DNA of 33,876 bases from Reclinomonas americana ATCC 50394 (taxonomy: Eukaryota): contig PS015092.1 of the NCBI GenBank assembly GCA_048213135.1, forward strand, positions 100,838-134,713, in the 5' to 3' direction. Both the position numbers and the translations under genes were made by a program. Of this stretch, positions 10,901 through 21,508 are shown piece by piece; position 1 is the stretch's first letter, and each line of letters begins with the position of its first letter. The notes under the pieces are model-generated. The model did no database searches. It was not told the origin of the DNA and worked only from the letters and a program-made list of their open reading frames with translations.

Positions 10901-11954
10901 GAAGGCGACGTGGACTATCGATGCCCTGTGCGGTTCACTCTTACTCCCAAGGTAAGGATATAATCGATGCTGTACTTGTGCTCTCCACATGAATGTCTCG
11001 AGGCTCACTCCTTGTTTGTACACGTATGCATATATGTGTGTGTGCAGCACTTGCTCGCCACTTATGTTAGGCGGTGTGCGCCCGATCCAATCGCTCAAGG
11101 CGATTGGTCAGTTCAATCCCCTCCTGTTTTGGTCCCTGCGCTACCACCCTGTCGGTCTCCGCCACTTGCTGGCATTGCCGGCAGCGGCGTTCAGTTGTCG
11201 CCGCGGTCCCTCTCCAGCTCTGACGGGGGCAGTGGCTCATTGGTACCACCACCACCACATGCACGTGCCCCACCACCACCATCACCGCCACCGCCACCGC
11301 CACCACCACCACCACCACCACCACCACCACGTGCAGCACCTCAATCTCGCTCGCGGTGGGCTCCAGACCTTGCCGACGATCATCGAGCGTCCCGAGTTGC
11401 ACGCGACTCTGCATCGGCCGCCGCTGGCGCATCACCGCCGTTTCCCGTGTCGAGCAGCGCGGACTCTGATTCGGTACATCCCCTTGCAATCAGTCGTCAA
11501 ATACGTGGATACATTTCGAGTCGTGAGGCGAGGAAGGCGGGGATGTCGAGGGAAGATGTTGCGTTTGCAGACTTCATAAGCAATCGATACTCGAGCGCGC
11601 GTTGATGGTGTATGCTAACACATACGTGAACGGATTCACCGGCTGATCGTTTAGGTGGCCAAAGCTGTGGCTTCGCAGCGCAAGGTGCGAAAGAAGCGCC
11701 GCCTCAGCGAGAAGGGCGCAGGACCTCGGCTCAGCATGTCGTCGGATATGGACTTCATGGATGCCATGTCTGGCACGCCAATCCCACTTAGAGACGACCC
11801 GCCCAGCAGGAAGCGGCGGCGGGTTGCCGGCAATAGGCCGTTAGCCGCGAAGGTCACCGACGAGACTTTGCATCAAGTTGCTGATGCCGAATGGAGCGAC
11901 GGAGAGGTTGAGGGCCGCCTTAATATGCTTTGCGAGCAACCTCGAAAACGGTAG
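4798..11954 (+). CDS. Mutator/MULE-type DDE transposase, about 19 exons, with acidic N-terminus, C2H2-like fingers, WRKY/GCM1-like finger, SWIM-like finger and a Pro-rich/basic tail
   Basis: After splicing: CPVDNCDHVFKDEDVLLRH and a second C..C..H..H region; FSSFEEFEAFK; YLCSR...GFCLAQMLV...YYPAHTFH; catalytic GIAVDATH (D 7606), LMSDGA (D 8428), RLCYFH (CxxH 8491-8502), DTDNGSEAVFRVFK (E 9016), YLDGK..GRPDRLL; CLPC..SCFRFPCPHV (9863-9916). All junctions traced kept frame to TAG 11952-11954. The 5' and 3' exons are less certain than the core; one intron spans gap 7711-7730. Confidence 0.85.
4939..4992. repeat. (GT)n microsatellite in predicted intron 1 of the MULE gene
   Basis: Direct read; lies between donor GTGAGT 4846 and acceptor CAG 5055-5057. 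Confidence 0.95.
5431..5493 (+). repeat. (GAG)n/(GAA)n coding trinucleotide repeat (poly-Glu)
   Basis: Direct read; in frame in the acidic N-terminal exon. Confidence 0.95.
7688..7925. repeat. (CT)n microsatellite/low complexity containing a 20-N gap, intronic
   Basis: Direct read; lies between the DATH exon and the YKIKLVML exon. Confidence 0.9.
9106..9220. repeat. (GA)n-rich intronic tract
   Basis: Direct read; inside the predicted intron at about 9057-9290. Confidence 0.9.
11245..11329 (+). repeat. (CCA/CCG)n coding repeat (poly-Pro)
   Basis: Direct read; acceptor CAG 11045-11047 puts it in the Pro frame. Confidence 0.85.
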
Positions 11955-12339
11955 CTTGCGCTTGTGTAGGAGGAATGTGACTCTCTTCGAAGGGCGAGGT
12001 AGGATAATCAGGTCACTTTGATCAGTAAATGACTTGCGCGTTTCATTATGGACTTGAGCCGATGTTGCCATCTCGCGAAAGAAAATAGGGGGAACGGAGA
12101 AAGTAGCGCCCTCAGAAGACCGAGGAAGAAAGCAAGAGAAAGGGTGAGGAGACAGTTGGAAACTCCCTTGCTCACCGTCGGGAGTCACCCACAATTCACT
12201 GGTGCAGCATGCCCCTCCAGCCGTCGCACCTCCTCACCATGGCCAGCCTCTACAGACCACACGAATCGACGCGTCATCGCTACCACTCGCAACATGATGA
12301 CCGACCACACCTATCAAGTGTGCCCTCCATCCGCCGCAC

Positions 12340-12644
12340 CTCTCAGTCTCCCTCTCTCCCTCTATCTAGCTATCTCTCTCTCACACACACACCTTCCCTC
12401 TCCCCTCTCACTGTGCATAACTCTCTCACACAAAGAATCTTGACCGACTGAGTGCTTTCTCTCAAGTCTCTCTCTCTCTCTCTCTCTCCTCTCACACACA
12501 CATTCTCAGATACACTGCTCCCTTCCTTCCCTTCCTCCCTCCCCCGCTTCTCCTCCCTCCCCCCCTCGCTCATCTCCAGCCAGCTGTGCTCGTCTCCACG
12601 TCTTCTCCCACCATCTCTCCCCTTCTCCCCTTCTCTTCTCATCT

Positions 12645-12682
<38 letters not shown>

Positions 12683-13002
12683 TGTTCCCCTTCCTTCCCT
12701 TCCTCCCTCCCCCCCCCCCCTTGCTCATCTCCAGCCAGCTGTGCTCGTCTCCAAGTCTTCTCCCACCATCTCTCCCCTTCTCCCCTTCTCTTCTCATCTT
12801 CTCTCTCTCACACACACACACACTGTTCCCCTCTCTTTCATCTCCTCCCTCCTCCCGGGCCCCTTTCTCTCTCCTTCTCCCACATCTGTCTCTCTCTCTC
12901 ACACACACACACAGTCTTCTCTCCCCTTCTCCCACCATCTCTCTCTATCTATCTCTCTCTCTCACACACACACACTGTTCCCCCCTCTCTCCCTCTCTCC
13001 CA

Positions 13003-13063
<61 letters not shown>

Positions 13064-13149
13064 GTCTACTACGTACGTCTCGTCTCGTCTCTCGTCTCTC
13101 TCTCTACTCGTCTCGTCTACGTACGTCGTACGTACGTACGTACGTACGT
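12340..13149. repeat. Pyrimidine-rich low-complexity array with a unit of about 155 bp, (CT)n, (CA)n and a terminal (TACG)n
   Basis: CTCATCTCCAGCCAGCTGTGCTCGTCTCCA.GTCTTCTCCCACCATCTCTCCCC recurs at about 12569 and 12724; (CT)n at about 13007-13057; (TACG)n runs up to the gap at 13150. Confidence 0.9.
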
Positions 13150-14530
13150 NNNNNNNNNNNNNNNNNNNNTGATGGCAGTGAGCGTTTCTGACCACTTAGC
13201 GGATATGAAGCATATAGGAGGCAAAAAGCACACGCGCCCACGCCAAGCTGCGAGCGAAGCGAGCAGCGGGGCGTCAGGGCGCACCCCAACTCAAAGAGTG
13301 AACCGAGTGACCTGTGCAGCCATAGTCCTCCCCTCATCACCCCTCCTACAGGATACACATCATGCATATATGCGCGCGGTGGGGCAGTAGGCGTGCATGC
13401 TTGTGGGTCAGAAAATTTGCACTCTCAAACGGGGCGAGGAATGAGTGCACAGTCGCGACGTGCGCACAGCGGTGGCACGTGTGTGGGAAGAGACGATGTG
13501 GTGCGTGGTGGGTCGCCGACGACGAGTGGGGCGTGGTGTGTGTCTGCAGGGTGCTCCGACAACTCATCGTGTCCCCGAAAAGACCCACAATGTTCCGCTC
13601 ATCGCGCGTGTGCATATAAGCGGTTCGCCTGGCGGCAGTCGGCCCATCGTCACGCCGCTCGGCTCATCAGGTGCGAAGCAGATGCACTGTCTCGCCCCCC
13701 TCCTCCCACCCCGACTCACCGTCATGCTCCATCCTGCAGGTCTTCACGTTCCACGCAACCCTCACTCTCACTCTCAATCACGCTTGCACTCATGCTCCAT
13801 GAGCGCCCGCAAGAACATGAGACTCGCTGCGCTCTCTGCGCAGCAATTCATGCGCAAGACGCACTGCAAAATGGATGGAAAAAGAAAACACGCAAGAGAG
13901 AGAGAGAGAGAGAAGACACGTGGCACTCGTGACGATGCGCACATTTCGCACAATCATTGCGCGCGCGCGCGAAATAAGGGTTTGCCATTCGCTCGGCGGC
14001 AAAATTTGCCATCACGCGACGAGCGGTGTCACCCCGGTCGCTTGGCGTGTGATGCGAGACCGCTCTGTGGCGCACGCGTGCCATCCGCGTGTGTCAAACA
14101 CACAGTGGTGCGAGTTGACACCTGAATTCAGTCCTTCCACAGCAAAAAATGCCGTAGTGACTGTGGTTTTGCTTCACACATTTCTCCGGTAATTTTGTAC
14201 TGTTGCACTGTACAGCATGTTTTTGGGTCGCAATCACCCAGAGAAAGCTCTTTTCAGTGCGCCAGGTGTGTCGCGAAGTGGACTAGAGGGAGTTGCTTTG
14301 CGGCGTCACCAGCACCAGCATACGCCCACAGCGAAGTGCTTGCGTAAGTGACTTCGGCGATTTTCGCTGCCCGTTCGGTCAATGAACACTTAGCGCACAC
14401 CGGGTCGACAGCGGTGAGAGATAGAGGAGGAAGGAGACAGAGAGAGGGGGAGGAAGGGGAGGGAGAGGAGCGCGCGTGAGAGAGAACAGATGAAGAGAGA
14501 AGCCGTGACGATAGATCCCGCGAACGGACG

Positions 14531-14536
<6 letters not shown>

Positions 14537-14608
<72 letters not shown>

Positions 14609-14758
14609 GAGGAGGAGGAGGAGGAGGAGGAGGAGGAGGTAGGTAGGTAGGTAGGAGGAGGAGGAGGAGGAGAGAGGAGAGAGGAGAGGAGGAGGAGGAG
14701 GAGGAGGAGGAGGAGGAGGTAGGTAGGTAGGTAGGAGGTAGGAGGTAGGAGGAGGAGG
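14537..14758. repeat. Compound microsatellite (GA)n-(GAG)n-(GTAG)n
   Basis: Direct read; ends at gap 14759-14887. Confidence 0.95.
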
Positions 14759-14887
14759 NNNNNNNNNNNNNNNNNNNNNNNNNNNNNNNNNNNNNNNNNN
14801 NNNNNNNNNNNNNNNNNNNNNNNNNNNNNNNNNNNNNNNNNNNNNNNNNNNNNNNNNNNNNNNNNNNNNNNNNNNNNNNNNNNNNNN

Positions 14888-17800
14888 CCGGTATGCGCGA
14901 CTCGGCAGCAAACCAGTGACAGTGGCGGTTACTGTCTGCGGGGAACTCCCTGTAAACGGACCCGCAGGCGACGTGCTTGACATGACGATGACGCCAGTCG
15001 CAAACATGGAGTCCAGTGACACACGAAATACGAATGTCACAGCCGCACTGTCGTTTGGGTCCACAGAACCAGCCAGAATGACGGTGTCAAGTGCTGTCAG
15101 TGTAGCACTGCTTGTCGTCACAGTTGGAAGCGCTCTAGTCGTGAAGGTGCCTGAAGACGAACATGTCGGCACCGCATCACCGGTCACAGTTGCACAGATT
15201 CGCCAGCGGAATGTGGTTGAAGGGGTCAGGCCAGTTATTGTTCCGCTGCTCACCGTCACTAACGCACTGCCAATGAGGGGCATGGCTTCGACGGCCGGCT
15301 GCGTAACCATAGAGCCACTGGTGAACGAGGAATCAGCGAAGGACGTCACTTGAAAGACAACAGCCGACACGATGTTGTTGTTGGGTGCAACTGAAGCTGT
15401 CATGGCAACAGTAGTGGCCGTGGATGTTGGTGTGATCGGTGCGGGTGTGATGCCACTTATCGAGGCAGCAGCACCGATCCGTCCAACGAAAGACAATAGT
15501 GATCCATGTACAACCGTCATCCCCGCATCGTTGCTTGCAGCAGTTCGATAAAAGTACGTTCTGCCAGGAAGTGCACTCACATCAGCGCTGACTGGAGTCG
15601 CTGATGATCCGCTGACAGTTGGCGGCGTGGCGGTGGTCGACGTGAATGTTGTTGGTCCCTGAATTCGCCGGATTCTCGTGTTGCCGACGTCACCGACGAA
15701 CCATGAGTCGGACGCAGCGTGGTATGCAACATGCGGGGCACTGCTCGAAAATCGCGCCACTGACGCCGCACCGTCAACAGCGGTTCCTGTTGTGCCACAG
15801 GTGCCAGCGAAAGTGCTCATGATCTTGCTTACAGGGTCGTATTTTCTGTGCCACCACCAATCAGTGCGAAGTCTGAATGCATGCATGGTTCGCCAGCATT
15901 CGAAACTCTAAACCACAAGGACTCACCGAATACAACCTCCATTTGCTGTGGATGACGTCCCGAAATACAGAACCCCGCCGCCATCCACCGCGGAGAATTC
16001 TCCGTCGAAACTCACAGCTTGACCAAGAGTATCCAAGTTCTGGTTTACGGCAGACGAAATTGTGAGATCCACCGTACGCGTCACTGTGTTGTATCGTTTT
16101 AAAGTAGTGGTGCTACCAATGCTCGAGTTGAAATAGACGAATGTGTCGCTGGGGTCAATTGCCAACTGAGTGGTTGACGGTGATGGGGTACTACCACTCC
16201 CGGAGGCTGCAGAAATTGTAGCTCCAGGAATCGTGAGCTGTTGAACCGCAGTTTTCCAGCCTCCAATGAACAGGATGGAGCCATCGCTGCGCATCGCAGC
16301 TCCGCTGGAGTAATCCACCAGTACCGCAGCACTGCCGGTCCCGCTTGGTGCAGACGAGGTACACGCACTGGTCGACGTGCCCGCGAACGTGCTGACAGTG
16401 GTAGAGGCAACAGATACTCGGCGCACCGCGCAGTAACTTCTAGACGTCCCACTGACGATGAAGAGATCGCCAGTTGGTGGGTGCACTGCGAGGCCAGCAA
16501 TGTTCTGGAACGATGCGCTCGCTCCCACGCCATCTGCAGTTCCTGCTGTTGTACTGCCAACAAAAGTAGATGCAACACCGGCAGATGTCACTCGCAAGAT
16601 GCCCCTATGAACGCTGTTTGCCATGTACAGATTGCCCGACGCATCGGCCACAAGCCCCGCCTGGGTCCCCGGTGTGACGCTTGTGGCAAACGTGCTCACC
16701 ACTGGTTCACCGACCTCGAACCACACGCTGGTTGAGGATGCTTCATCGTTCGCATTGACAGTTCCATTCACCGTGGTGGTTGATGTCGAAGTGCCGACTG
16801 CCGCACCGGTGGCCACCGACGGCAATATTTGCGTGTAGAATGTCACAATGCCACCATACTGCGCCGCAGACACGCCAGTGATTCGAATCACCACACGGAA
16901 TCCGTGAGTTGTCATGCCCGCGAGGCCAGTCACAGCGCAACTCAGTGAAATACTGTTTGCGCCAGTGTATGGACCAGCTGGACTCACAGTTGTGCAAGTT
17001 TGCACACCAGAGGCCAATGTCACATCAGTTGAGTACTCGAACACAACACTGTCAAGCGGGACCGCGTTGGGATTCAGTGAGGCGCGAAGAGTGGCCGTGC
17101 TCTGCTGCACATCAGTCGCCGAGAGTGTGTTCCACAGTGGCATTGTCAGCGTGGTGAACGACACTGGTGTGCTGTTGACGGTGCCCGCTGCAGTGACGAG
17201 TACCGCCTGAAACCAATACTGTGTTGAAGGGCTGAGACCGGTGGCGGTGCCAGACACAGCAATGATAGAAGTTCCCGTATATGGAGCAGCTGGTGACACC
17301 GCAGTGATAGTCGTCACACCCGTCACAAGTGTAGGGTCTGTGGAGGAAAACTGAAAAGTCAACGACGTAACACTGTCTCCGCTCGGCGGCAACACAGTTG
17401 CATTGAGCACCGCAGACAAGGGGCTGATGCTGGACGACAAAACACCGACTGTGCCGGCAGACAAAGTGCCTCCCAGAAGCGGTGGCGCGAGCTCCGAAGA
17501 AGTTAGGCGTGCTCGAAAGTACCACTTCGTGCTACCATTGAGTCCAGTCACTGTTGCGGACACCGTGATGTTGCCTGACCCAGCTTGCGTTCCAGCCGGC
17601 GTGACTGTGGACCACAACTGCACGTCGGTACTGAAGCTGCCGTCCGTCGAGTAATCAAAGGCAACTGTAACCGCGGCGCTCTCGTTGGGGTTCATGGTCA
17701 CAGAAACCGTCACCGATGACGATGTGCTGGACGTCACGCTCGTTGAAACGATAACTGGGAGCAAAGCCGTCGTCGCATTGGCCATTGAGCTGGTCACGGA

Positions 17801-19679
17801 CTGACTGATGTCACTCGCCGGTACTGCCGTGCAGCGGAAGTAGTAGGTGGTGTTGGACGTCAGTCCCGAGGCTGTGGCGGAGACGGTGGTGCTCATCGTG
17901 GCTGAGGTGACGGAGTTGGAGGCCGTAAGCGTCTGCAAGATGGGTGACATACTCATGGCCGTCGAGAGTGTCACAGTTACTGCACAGGCGCCGCCGTTGT
18001 TGGTGATTATCGGACAACCCAGTGTGAGTGTCAAAGAGGTGTTTGTGGCAGTCGGCGCTCCCAGAGTTGGTAGATTGAGGGTGGTGGCCAGCTGTGCTGA
18101 ACCACGAGTCGCAGTGGCTCCATTGTTGTTGGTCGCTGCCGCTTGAAATGCGTAGGTGGTCGATGGCGAGAGACCAGAGATGGTGGCGGAAACGGACACT
18201 GGCGTGGTGCCCGTCAAGTTGGACGGCGACGCACTTGCCACTGAAAACGTGGTCGGATAGGAGATCCGACGGAGGCCTGTGAGGTGCGAGGCGAATGAGA
18301 ATGCAACACATTGCAGCAAGGAGAAGAAAATCGCTGCAGTTACCCTTGGCATCAGCCACCAGCAGCGAGTTGGATTGGCTGTTGAACACGATGCCACTTG
18401 TGCTGACCAGGGTGAAGCGTGCAACGCTACCCGCGCCATCAGTGTTGCCACTACCTGAATCACAACGTCCAGCGTATGCCGTCACGCTGCCAGAGGGCGT
18501 AACTCGGCGGATGCAGGAGTTGCCAGCGTCCACCACAAACAGGTTGCCGCTGGCGTCCATTGTCAAGCCGCCGAGAGCAGAAAATGTTGCCGCTGCAGTG
18601 CCCACTCCATCTGCTCTGCCAGAATTGATACTGCTACCTGCTATGGTCGATACAGTCGTCGTGCTGAGAACGATTTTCGACACAGCTGGGGCAAGCGCAC
18701 TCGTAGTCACAAACGCTTCTTGGCCGGTCGATCCAATGACGATCCCGAAACATGACACGCTGGAAGTGAGAGTCGAAACAGTGGCAGTAGTCGTCTGAAC
18801 AGCACGTATCCTACTTGAATCGCAAGCGTACAATGTAGAGCCGTCGGTGGTGATGGCAAGTCCATACAATGAGCTGAACCGAGCAGCGGATCCAACGCCG
18901 TTCGTCGAACCGGATGACCCTGCGGTTCCAGCAAAGGTCACGACTCCGCCAGCCGTCACCTGTGGGAGTGCAGCGACAACGTTAATTTACTGTCTCTCAT
19001 CAACAATCATGTCGAAGAGGAACCACGCAACTCGTCGAATGGTTTGGTTTCCTCTGTCAGCCACAAAATAGTCACCGGAAGGCGCATGAACGGCAATGCC
19101 AACAGGACTCTTGAACCGGGCGGCAGGGCCAATTCCATCTGTAGATCCTGAAGTGCCGTCCGTTCCAGCCACGAGTGACAACATGCCAGCTGTACTCAAG
19201 CGGCGTATGACGTTCCCGTTCGTGGATGTCATGACGAGATTCCCGGAGGCATCGTACGTCATGTGGCCACTCGTGCCGACACTTGCCGCCAACTGTTCTG
19301 TGCTCACTTGTAGCTCGGCGTACTCGAAGAATCCGTTCGTGGCCGTGGATGCTCCATTGGGGTTGACGGAGGCGTTGAGAACGACACTGCTCTGCGTCGG
19401 TGACGAGGCGGCACTCGTGCTGACGATGGGGTCTATCTGGCCGCACACGGGGGCAGCCAAGACGGCCAGTGCTGCGATGACGACGATGATGACGAGAGGA
19501 GAGATGGTGTTGGGTAAAGGTTGATGCAGTGGGCGCTCGCTGCGGTGGTGGTGGCGGTGTACGTGCGTACACGACGACACAAAACGGCGCCTCCACATTG
19601 ATGTTGCACATGGCGGCCTCTGTGCAGCGGTCGTCGCTAGCAACTCTCCTTGGGCGTGCGTGTGCGCCGCCCTCTGCAT
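14888..19679 (-). CDS. Large secreted/surface Ser/Thr-rich protein with two NHL-repeat beta-propellers and at least 8 FN3-like domains; 3' end lost in a gap
   Basis: Start at 19679 or 19598. Hydrophobic leader LVIIVVIAALAVLAAPVCG|Q. NHL blades such as AGTDGTSGSTDGIGPAARFKSPVGIAV..YFVADRGNQTIRR and MDASGNLFVVDAGNSCIRRVTP. FN3-like units LNASVNPNG..FEY..VSATISGLSPSTTYAF. Introns 18960-19031, 18277-18343 and 15846-15926 join four ORFs in frame. Confidence 0.85.
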
Positions 19680-20524
19680 GTGTGCGGAACAGATGCAGAC
19701 GAGTCAGGTGAGCAGCTCTTGCACGCGAGCGAGTGATGCAGTGATATGATAACGAACGAGCGCTCACCATTTGGGAGTGCGGTTCACGAACGTGCTGCAC
19801 ACGAGCGAGGTGTGATTCGGAGGAGAGAGAGGGGGAGGGAGAGCGAGAGCGAGAGAGAGAGACGGAGAGTGGGGATGCTTGGCGATGTCACGGAATTGAT
19901 TGGGGGACGCAATAAATGATTGAGTCCAATTCGGCGTCAAATTGCAGTCAAGCACACGGCTGGACACGCATAGGTCGACGCTGTATGATACGCGCACAAG
20001 CGATGGCACTCGCGCACTGCATCCAACACAGCGTGTAATGTGAACCACGAGTACATGCATGCATGTTTTCACGAATTCACTCCTCTTTCAATATTGGTAA
20101 ATTCGGCAACCACCCACAACAATGACATACAGAAAACAGCAGCTATCATGATAACAGTGTAAGTTCCGAAACGTGAGCCTAATTGCAGATCTTGGCGGCA
20201 GCAGAAATCCGAATTCGAACAAAACCGCTGACACAAGTTCGCGACGTCGCCCTCTCTTTTGCTGTGCTAGCACAAACTTTTCATCGCATGGCGTCCGCAT
20301 CGCTCATTTTCAAAGTCATTTCGCAGCGCACAGCGCCACGTGCAAGAGGTAGCGCGAGGTTGCATGAGGCCACCAAATAGGACACCTNNNNNNNNNNNNN
20401 NNNNNNNNNNNNNNNNNNNNNNNNNNNNNNNNNNNNNNNNNNNNNNNNNNNNNNNNNNNNNNNNNNNNNNNNNNNNNNNGCGAGAAAAGGTCGAGAAAGG
20501 GAAGATGACTGTTGGAGAAGTAAT

Positions 20525-20673
20525 TCGTCGGCAAGGGAAAAACAACAAAACACTTCATTCACCACATTCCAATAATGCGACAAAAGTCCACAAATCCCTT
20601 GCCGACGATGACCATTGGCACATTTGTGGACATTTGTCGCATCATTGGAATGTGGTGAATGAAGTGTTTTGTT
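20525..20673. repeat. Interlocked inverted repeats: 52-bp arms (20544-20595 / 20622-20673, 2 mismatches) and 14-bp arms (20525-20538 / 20595-20608, perfect)
   Basis: AACAAAACACTTCATTCACCACATTCCAATAATGCGACAAAAGTCCACAAAT is the reverse complement, with 2 mismatches, of ATTTGTGGACATTTGTCGCATCATTGGAATGTGGTGAATGAAGTGTTTTGTT. TCGTCGGCAAGGGA is the exact reverse complement of TCCCTTGCCGACGA. Confidence 0.92.
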
Positions 20674-21329
20674 TTTTCACGGCTCATGTCAAGGACCACT
20701 GACTTGCTTCCTTCGAATTCTCGGATCTGGACCCGGCTTTCACAGCGTACAGGATTTCCATGTGTTCGGATTCGGCAAGTCCGGTTGCCAGAGGCATTTT
20801 GGTTTGCCGCCCCAAGGTATCACGGGTGGCCAGGGCAAGCCAGTGTGCCACTTTGTCCGGGTACCGCTGTGGCCATCATACATGCCACTGGCAACTGTGC
20901 TCACCACTCGCATCCCTGCTACCCACCCTACCGGTACACCCAGCGCTCTCTATACCATGTGCACACCGCATCCCCAGTAGGTCTCGGGGTGCATGTGTGG
21001 CGCAAACAGAAGATGGAAGTAAAAAGAGAGTGTTCAATGTACTCGAGCTCATGGCAACTTGAACGATGTTGATGCCAGCCTGGAAAGCTCAGCAGACGCC
21101 GGAGGCTCCGAGCTGAAGAGCCTCTGAGAGAGGTCGACTCACGCAGCCAGGACGATCCGCAGCGCGGCCTGGTGTGGGCAAGTGATTAGCTCTTCTGCAC
21201 TCATGAAACACTGTCACCACTGCAGAGTTTCTTCGACACGCACCATCACAACGCTAGCGCTACCGCTGCAGTCAGCATCAGCGAAGCGCCTGCCACTGCA
21301 GCCCCAGTCGCGCTCTGGAAAGAAAACAT

Positions 21330-21508
21330 TGTGAGTGACATGTGCGACATCTTGGTACCGAAAGCGCTCCACACAGCAGCCTCCTCACCGTCACACACAC
21401 CGACTGTCGTGACCGCATACATACATGATCAATCGCCTATGCTGCGCCTGACACCGTAGCCGCAGCCAGACCTGAGCATGCAAAGGATGTGAGTGACATG
21501 TGCGACAT
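21330..21508 (+). repeat. 21-bp exact direct repeat (21330-21350, 21488-21508)
   Basis: TGTGAGTGACATGTGCGACAT occurs twice, 158 bp apart. Confidence 0.9.

Larger units (their letters stand above)
4645..12200 (+). mobile_element. Putative MULE element or domesticated MULE locus; termini not resolved
   Basis: Contains the MULE transposase. It is flanked by gap 4172-4644 on the left and by low-complexity DNA plus gap 13150-13169 on the right. No TIR or TSD could be identified. Confidence 0.5.

Noticed and set aside
10989-11579. Poly-His ORF suggesting a metal-binding protein
   Set aside because: Alternative frame of the (CCA)n repeat; splice phase supports the poly-Pro frame of the MULE gene.
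12370-13390. Several 100-300 aa Ser/Leu/His/Thr or Glu/Arg ORFs
   Set aside because: Translations of microsatellite and low-complexity DNA.
13393-14192. Overlapping ORFs up to 226 aa
   Set aside because: No motifs, includes a (GA)n tract, and no coherent splice chain found.
14888-19679. Bacterial contamination as the source of the NHL/FN3 gene
   Set aside because: Three spliceosomal-type introns with the same signals as neighbouring genes are needed to keep its frame.
21330-21508. Direct repeats as a CRISPR-like array
   Set aside because: Only two copies with a 137-bp spacer, eukaryotic context and no cas genes.
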